Shown here: piece by piece, positions 57,301 through 64,000 of the stretch | Numbering within the stretch: position 1 is the stretch's first letter | Layout of the letters: every line of letters begins with the position of its first letter | Assembly: GCA_964057225.1 (NCBI GenBank) | Contig: OZ059896.1 | Span: 6,138,001-6,202,000, forward strand | DNA: 64,000 bases | From: Auanema rhodensis | Lineage: Eukaryota > Animalia > Nematoda | Direction of reading: 5' to 3' | The notes under the pieces: generated by a model | The model's input: the letters and a program-made list of their open reading frames with translations, nothing else | Told to the model about the DNA's origin: nothing | The model's database searches: none | Program-made: the position numbers and the translations under genes

Positions 57301-58650
57301 GTTAGCAAAAGTCGAAACTGAAAATCAACTAAGAAGGCGCTATTTACATCAGGTTAAAGTTTTCTCATTCTTTTCATGTGTTCTTCAATTTTTTAGAAAA
57401 GTAGTCAGCTTTGGGATTTATTAGCTCATTTGCGAGAGCTAGGAGATACTCAATTTCTTCAACAAGGTATAACTGAAATATGGTTCCAAGTTTTTTATAT
57501 TTTAAGTTTATATTATGAGATGGTGAAGCTCTTATTTAATAATATGTTGATACAAAAAAAACATAGTATATTATATTATATTATATTATATACTAATACA
57601 GATAAATAAGAGTATATAGTAATAACAATACATGCGAAGATTTTGAACTTCTTTTCCTGAAACGATATAATGGAGCATCATAATTACAATAGTCATAGGA
57701 GCAACAGCAAAATTCGCTTTCTAAAACGTTATCTATCTGATCCGTATGTGCTCTTTGTTTCAGAAATAGTTCCTAAAATATTAATTTAATTATCTAATAC
57801 TTTATGACTGAATGCCTGAATGTCAGGTTTCAGATCATAAAGTGACAGACACTTTTCATGCATTCCTTTGTTGATACATTCACTTTCAAAAGCACAAAAC
57901 CGATCCACATTCTCTTCGAGTATGCCTGATTTGTTAACTGTGTAATATTCGAAATAGCATTTCTAAAAATATGAAATAAAAAATGCTTCACTCATATTGA
58001 GTACAGTAATACTTATATTCATAAAAAAAAGACTTAAACATTTTGAAAACAGTTACAATCATAAAATTACCATATTTGGCGCTTGACATAGTGTGCTATA
58101 TTCGGCATGAATATCTTGAGTATCATAGCATTCCAAAGAGATTGAAATAGGAATAAAAAGGAGGAGTGCAATTATTTGTTTCATTTTTCGGTGGTTTTCA
58201 ATCCTTGTTTTAGAATGGTGCTATATAAGCAGCAGCTGGAATACTGAAACAGAAAGTGATCGACTTCTGGGACAGCATAGGTGAGAGAATGGCACACCTC
58301 CATTGCTTTAATAAGTTTTATATTACATTGACTATCTCATTTTGTTTGCTAAGCAGAGCATAATGAAAACGAATTAATTCATGAGATTAATGCTAACGAC
58401 TTTTTGTTTCAGTAGTGTGGACGATTCTTCAGGATTATCAAATCGTGAGTTGTTTGAAACAGTTAATTTAAATAATGAAAAGTTTTTTTTGGTAATTCTG
58501 TATTAATTCAAACACAATCATTAATTCCCAAACACTATGTTTGTGGTTATCTTATTATTTAACTTTTATAATAACTTTAAAGAATTTTTAGCAACACAAC
58601 AAGAAGGATGGCCTTGGGTTGATCCTGACGAGCCAAGTACTATGCTTTAA
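54140..58650 (+). CDS. gbb-2: GABA-B receptor subunit 2 (class C GPCR), 23 exons, ~836 aa
   Basis: Phase-compatible GT-AG exons: 54140-54255, 54305-54428, 54539-54628, 54676-54774, 54823-54954, 54999-55115, 55160-55290, 55347-55470, 55552-55728, 55776-55908, 55948-56098, 56144-56276, 56327-56443, 56486-56599, 56650-56751, 56798-56935, 56976-57062, 57110-57228, 57274-57352, 57397-57466, 58214-58280, 58413-58444, 58592-58650 (2511 nt). Has a signal peptide and a Venus-flytrap domain ([61 protein letters not shown]). GABA-B 7TM motifs: [65 protein letters not shown]. Followed by a coiled coil and ...[14 protein letters not shown]. The subunit-2 call rests on my recollection of C. elegans GBB-2. 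Confidence 0.92.
57567..57591. repeat. (TATAT)n microsatellite, ~5 units, just past the nested gene's stop codon
   Basis: TATATTATATTATATTATATTATAT read directly. Confidence 0.8.
57593..58184 (-). CDS. Nested antisense gene: three-finger-fold protein (Ly6/uPAR / activin-receptor-ectodomain-like), secreted or GPI-anchored, 146 aa, 3 exons
   Basis: Exons 58184-58071, 57962-57816, 57772-57593, all phase 0; the second intron is 43 nt GC-AG. Translation: [146 protein letters not shown]. Signal peptide, LxCY start, 10 Cys, CCCxxDxCN motif, hydrophobic C-terminal tail. Confidence 0.85.
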
Positions 58651-59388
58651 TTATTGAACAGATCACTGACTATTTGATTAATCTATAGCATTCCTAAAAC
58701 ATTAACAGAAGAAGAAATTTCTTATAAAAATATCTTCTATAACTTGATTCTTCCAAAGTTTTCTTTTACACATTTAAAGAAATAGAGAAGTCCTGGATGT
58801 CCAACTGTTTTCCAAACAAATTGATGAATCATAAGACAAGGGCTCATCCTTGATAATATTCTATACCATTATGTGTGGAATTAAGTTTTTCATATTTCAG
58901 CACTTTGTCTAAAATCTCCTATTGACTCATGATTCAGCGTTCCACTTATAATGCATGACATCCATTATGTATATTTATATTTCCTTAATATTTTTACACA
59001 CACTTGATACTATTTTTTGGCTCTTGTTGTCGTCATTATTTGCCAATGTACGGTTGAAACTAATTTAATTGTCTACTACTTCATAACTGTAGAATAAAGT
59101 TCAATTCATATATGAAAAAGCAATGTTTAATTAGTAGTGTCAAAATTTGTATGGCTTATGCAATAATAAAATTTGTATACGTATAAATGTATTAATAGAC
59201 TCAATATATTATATAAGCGAAATAACAAGAAGATGAAATAATTTAATTGATTTCCATATTTCATGCGGAAATTAATTCCCATAATTGCATCATTGATTCG
59301 TTATCCTATGTAAATATTGCTCTGTATATTTAAAATATTGAACACATCCGTAGATATTAATTCATATTACGATAAATAATATTTATAT

Positions 59389-59863
59389 CTATTCAAAGAT
59401 CATTCTTTGCAACTGAATGAAAGAAAATATTGTAAAAACAAAAAAGACAAGAATAAAATAAATGTCTCGAAACAATTGTATATAATTGCCAGACACATTA
59501 ACAGGAAAAATTATATATACTCTCGTCATTAATTCACTCGCAAAAGTTATCTATGCATGTGATACTTCAGTTTAGTGTTCGATTATGGTGCATGAAGAAT
59601 GTTCGTATCTATTAAAATGAAATATTTAACAAAACTCATCAAAAATTGTTTTTTAAATATATAATGTATGTATATAAGTGAATAATGCAAGATCATGTCA
59701 TTATGGATAGTATGCAAAAAATGGGCACTCGTGATGAAATTAGCAATTCCAATCTTATGCAATGGTGGATATTTGGTCATTGATAGCTATCTGTAATTAA
59801 TGTGGTCTGCTTATTTATGAATTCAGCTAACAACTATTCCAAATAATTTCTTAATGCCGAATC

Positions 59864-59897
<34 letters not shown>

Positions 59898-60359
59898 GAT
59901 TCGTTATAATATGTTATAGTAATTGCTAGTTTAAATATATTACCTTATTATATAATTGAAAAATATCAGATATCATAGTTACGACGAATGATGGTACAAA
60001 TAAAAAACTGGAATGAAGACACAAAAATAAAACATCTATTTAAATTACTACAAACTTTACTACAAATCAAAACTTCGAATTAGCAATATTAGGTATGATA
60101 CATCAGCAACTAAAGCATACAGTGAAGCTACAGAAGAAAAAAAGCAGCTCATCAGAAATAATTTTTTAGATCTATTTTGGCAGTATGTATTCCGAATAAT
60201 GATCAATATCAAAAGTATATACAATACGGTTATACTATGTATTGGTAAATATATCAAAACATCGAGCAGGTAAAAATTAGTAATTCGTATTTTGTTTTTG
60301 AAATCATGATTAACTGAGAAGTTATCATACAAGATATCGTAATAATTCAGCTCTTGCAT
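59389..60359 (-). CDS. Possible multi-exon hydrophobic (serpentine-receptor-like) gene or pseudogene; incomplete model
   Basis: The 99-aa ORF 60359-60060 has two TM-like stretches. It can be spliced (GT at 60063, TTCCAG ending 60008, 56-nt intron) in frame to FFLFVPSFVVTMISDIFQLYNK, which ends at a good AAG|GTAAAT donor (59944). Further hydrophobic frames lie at ~59786-59635 and ~59550-59389, but I could not build a full stop-free model. AT-rich DNA mimics hydrophobicity. Confidence 0.3.
59858..59903. repeat. Perfect 46-bp palindrome: (AT)15 flanked by CGAATCAG / CTGATTCG
   Basis: CGAATCAG-(AT)15-CTGATTCG is self-complementary at every position (p pairs with 119761-p). Confidence 0.9.
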
Positions 60360-60937
60360 TCTTAGTAAGTGAAAATGGAAAATTTTCTTTCAATTATTAA
60401 ACAATTTACTATAAAAGAATAAAAAAAATGAAGATTGCTTCATATTTAATTATTGGCTTCTAACTAGAACTTCAGCGGTGGCATGTGATGTCCATACACA
60501 TGCATAACGTTTAACATTTTCAAAATTAACATTTACACAACATTTACAACAAAATCAACATTTTCAAAATTAGGGTACACTGCATGAAACTGAGATGCTC
60601 AATTTTTTATATAGATGAAAGACTACATTCTTGGACATTACGAAGATGACGAATAGAATTTATAACTTCCAGCTTCTAATTTTCTTACAAGCGAAATTTT
60701 ATGATTAGGTTATTACATTTTATGGGGTAATAACAATGAGCCATTCAAGAACCATGCAGATAAGTGCTTTCTAACTTTTGCGACATATTATTATATTGAT
60801 TACTCCAAATAAATTCAAAAACTTATTTAGTTTATTTTTTGGCATTATTGTTAGAAAATCATTAGAGGCCATGTTACTGCATATTCTAAAATAGATAAAA
60901 TCTACGTATACTATGTTCAAACCTAGGTGACACAAAG

Positions 60938-61433
60938 ATGAATATTCAAGCAGTTTTAAGCTCATTTGTTCTTGCTATAGGCGCTGTTATGATTTGCGTA
61001 ACTTCTCGAACGTAAGTCAGACGATCATACAATGCTCCGTTCACGATAATGTACACACTAGTATATTAGATATACGTATCAAATTAATCAATTAAAATAA
61101 CATGTATTGTTTTAGCTTTGACATTATAGCATTGATGATGATGGTGAACTAACCGGGACTTCAGGCAAAGCAGTTAAAATTATTGGTATTATTATGACAT
61201 GTATAGGCGGATGTGGATATTTATTTACCATATATGAAGTTGTAAGTTACATTCAATATAGTCATTCAGATATGTTTTTATTGAAGATAAAGCGAGGTCA
61301 TCGGAAACTGGCCAAAGGAGAACTCAGGAAACTTGAGAAACAGGCTAGTATTAGAATCCTCACACGAAATTTAAATTCAAATTTCAAACAACGCTTGCAG
61401 GTTATACAACGAAGAGAAACTATTAAGTCATGA
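60938..61433 (+). CDS. Putative small two-TM membrane protein (~90 aa), unknown family; N-terminus may extend upstream
   Basis: Exons 60938-61011 (donor GTAAGT), 61130-61238, 61287-61343, 61401-61433 give MNIQAVLSSFVLAIGAVMICVTSRTIDDDGELTGTSGKAVKIIGIIMTCIGGCGYLFTIYEIKRGHRKLAKGELRKLEKQVIQRRETIKS*. The last two introns (48 nt GT-AG, 57 nt GC-AG) are in frame and explain the ORF-track ORF 61194-61433. A competing acceptor at 61115 would truncate the protein. Confidence 0.5.
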
Positions 61434-61626
61434 TTTTAATCACTCGTCAGTTGCTCTGTTATGTGATTTATTGTGAAAGTTTATGATAATTTATTTTGTA
61501 AATTGTAACTTCATGAAAGTTTGGTACCTTATCGCCTACTTTGTGTGAAATCGTGTGGGCTAGTTCAAAACACAAAAATGTTGTTTATCGATTTTTGAAA
61601 TTTTTATCTATTTCTTTACTCTTCCT

Positions 61627-61711
61627 TCCTGTGTTTAGAGTTCTTTCTTGTATTTAGTGTTCCATCTTGTATTTAGTGTTTTTTCTTGTATTTAGTGTTT
61701 TTTCTTGTATT
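61627..61711. repeat. 19-bp minisatellite (TCTTGTATTTAGTGTTTTT), ~4.5 copies
   Basis: Units start at 61627, 61646, 61665, 61684 and 61703. Confidence 0.9.
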
Positions 61712-61850
61712 ACACTTAAACTACCATCTTTCCAGTTTTACGCCTTATAAACTAAATACAATTCGAATTATCTTTCTAGCTATAAATTATTTTATAATAT
61801 TCTCATAATACAAATTTTTTATTCATCATTTGGTGTTTTTTTCGGGACGC

Positions 61851-63768
61851 ATGGGTTTGTTCAAATATTTCTGTATTACCTCAATTGCTGCCATTGCAAT
61901 ATACTTTCATGTCACTACCGATGTACTGGATCCCACGATCTATGTAAGATATATTCTTGAAACAACATCTGTTTTTATTTAATAGATGACTTTCAGAGTA
62001 AAGAAGACAAATGGTATGGCACAGGCAGTAAACGAGAAGATGATGAAATTATACAGCCTTTCAAAGTGTCCGTTCCTCAAAATGTTTTAGAGGTTAGTTG
62101 AAATTTTACACAATCTATAGTTTTATTCATTTCAGGATTTGAAGCAGCGTTTAATATCGTCAAGAATTTCACATGATCAATTAGAGGATGCTAATGATTT
62201 TACTTATGGTTTCAATTCGAAGTATCTGGTTTCACTCAAGGTATCTGATATTCTATTTTTACTTATTACAATATATATATATATATATATATAATATAGG
62301 ATTACTGGATCACGGGATATGATTGGAGGAAATATGAAAAAATCTTAAATTCATTCAATCAATTTAAAACCGAAGTTGAAGGATTACAAGTTTATAAAAT
62401 ATCTTATATTCGCACATGTGATTATAAATAAATGCAGATACACTTCATTCATGAGAAAACAACGAACGAAAGCGCTAGAAACTATAAAGCTATCGTTCCC
62501 ATCTTAATGGTTCATGGGTGGCCCGGGAACGTTTTTGAATTCTATAAGGTCATTCCTCTTTTAATTGATCCAAAGAAGCACGGATTGTCATCAGACGTTG
62601 GTTATACTTTAGCAAATTGATTAATACCTTCATTTATCTTATTTACATTGAAGATTGCTTTTGAAGTCGTGATTCCTTCAATACCGGGCTATGGCTGGTC
62701 TGATTCTCCAAAAAAAAGAGGTTTTATCTAAAGTTTATTGTCGTATGTTCAATGTTTATATACAGGATTTTCTCAAGTGGAATGTGCGAGACTGTTTCAT
62801 AAATTAATGAAAAGATTAAAAATCGATAAATATTATTTACAAGGAGGTGACTGGGGCTCCGTAGTTACGAGTTCCATAGCTAGAATTTATCCAGAAAGGT
62901 TTGATTTATGAAAACATTATTTTCTAAAAATAGTTAATTTTTTCAAAATTTAGTATTTATGCTCTTCATTTGAATATGGTGTCTGTATTCCCAGGAACAA
63001 CATTTTTATCTACTGCATATGATATCTTAGCTACATTTTTCCCTAGATTGATGCTTACATCTTCAAAACTTCAGCACAATACGTTTACAAAATTAGGAGA
63101 AATAATGTCTGAAGCAGGATATATGTATATTCAGGCCACCAAGCCAGATACAGTGGGTCAGTTTATCCTTTACTATTTTTTTATAGAACGATATTTTTCT
63201 CACCCAGTTACTTTCAATTTGAAATATCTAAGTCATAATAAATTTTAGGAACAGCTTTAAACGACTCTCCCATTGGCCTTGCTGCTTATATCCTTGAGAA
63301 ATTTTCTACATGGACCAATAAGGAAAATATAAATTTGCCTGATGGGGGCTTAGCAAAGTATGTTTTATATAGTATTTACATCTATTATTTTTGCTTTAGA
63401 AAATTTTCGAAAGATGAGCTTTTAACTATGATCATGATTTACTGGTCAAATGGCAATATTGTGAATTCTCAAAGATTTTATAAAGAATGCATACAAGATG
63501 ATCGTATTCCAAAATTATCAAAGTTTTTTTTTTTCTGTTTTTGTTTTAACTCTTAATTTGCAGAGTTTACCTCAAGGTACCAACTGGACATTCCTCTGGT
63601 TTGAATGAACTTTTTGATAGAACACCTGTTGAGCTTTCAAGAATGTTCATGAACGTGACTTTTTACAATGAGATTCCTGATATGGGCCACTTTGCTTGTT
63701 TTGAAAAACCAATGGAGATGGCTAAAGATATACTAGCCTTTGTAAATATTATTCATTCTCATTTGTAA
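61851..63768 (+). CDS. Microsomal epoxide hydrolase (EPHX1/JHEH family alpha/beta hydrolase), ~11 exons, complete
   Basis: N-terminal anchor MGLFKYFCITSIAAIAIYFH; EHN-type region (KWYGTG, IQPFKVSVP..LEDLKQRL, FTYGFNSKYL, YW...YDWRKYE, QFKTEVEGLQIHFIH). Catalytic motifs: HGWPG oxyanion motif, PSIPGYGWS, QGGDWG nucleophile Asp, GYMYIQATKPDT, LNDSPIGLAAYILEKFSTWT, SQRFYKE Tyr, NEL acid, GHFACFE His. TAA ends at 63768. Confidence 0.95.
62271..62292. repeat. (AT)11 microsatellite in an epoxide hydrolase intron
   Basis: Read directly. Confidence 0.85.
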
Positions 63769-63782
63769 ATTTTAATTATAGT

Positions 63783-63788
63783 AATAAA
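63783..63788 (+). terminator. Polyadenylation signal AATAAA of the epoxide hydrolase gene
   Basis: AATAAA 14 nt after the stop codon, followed by T-rich sequence. Confidence 0.55.
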
Positions 63789-64000
63789 AAACTTTTCGTC
63801 TTTGTTCTAAATATACTGTTAGAATTAAAATCCTAAGTAAATGATACTTTCTCACAAGAGAAACTGAAAGCCAGCCAGACACTGGTTCAGTTAATACCAT
63901 TTACATAATCTGATATTTCGAATGAACTGTCAATAATATTTAGAACAATGGAACGAAGTGCTTTCATTACAATCTTTGTTGGCATATAAACGTATTTATG

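Noticed and set aside
59964-59974. TATCAGATATC matching the palindrome terminus (also ATCAGATAT at 59861)
   Set aside because: Short AT-rich matches. The palindrome end is gbb-2 coding sequence, not a TIR, so no element family is implied.
60771-60965. 64-aa minus-strand ORF
   Set aside because: Low-complexity AT-driven composition; it overlaps the better-supported plus-strand exon starting at 60938.

Overview
AT-rich eukaryotic DNA, very probably nematode (39-60 nt introns, TTTCAG/TTTTAG acceptors, GBB-2-like receptor). About 82% of the window (1-~52678) is one head-to-tail array of a 176-bp satellite (~299 copies). The array has nested higher-order repeats, regional variant layers and palindromic E-box (TCACGTGA) motifs. 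It ends abruptly at a 1.6-kb palindrome (two apparently identical 704-bp arms, 217-bp spacer). This looks like a MITE but is an inverted duplication of the 5' end of the adjacent GABA-B receptor subunit 2 gene (upstream region, signal-peptide exon 1, intron 1, start of exon 2), so a truncated mirror copy points into the satellite. The intact gbb-2-like gene (23 exons, ~836 aa, 54140-58650) carries in its one long intron an antisense 3-exon gene missed by the ORF track. That gene encodes a 146-aa, 10-Cys three-finger (Ly6/activin-receptor-ectodomain-like) protein with a signal peptide and a GPI-like tail. Downstream are a doubtful hydrophobic multi-exon gene (-), a small two-TM orphan gene (+) and a complete microsomal epoxide hydrolase gene (+). 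All gene models were spliced and translated by hand; no database searches were run.
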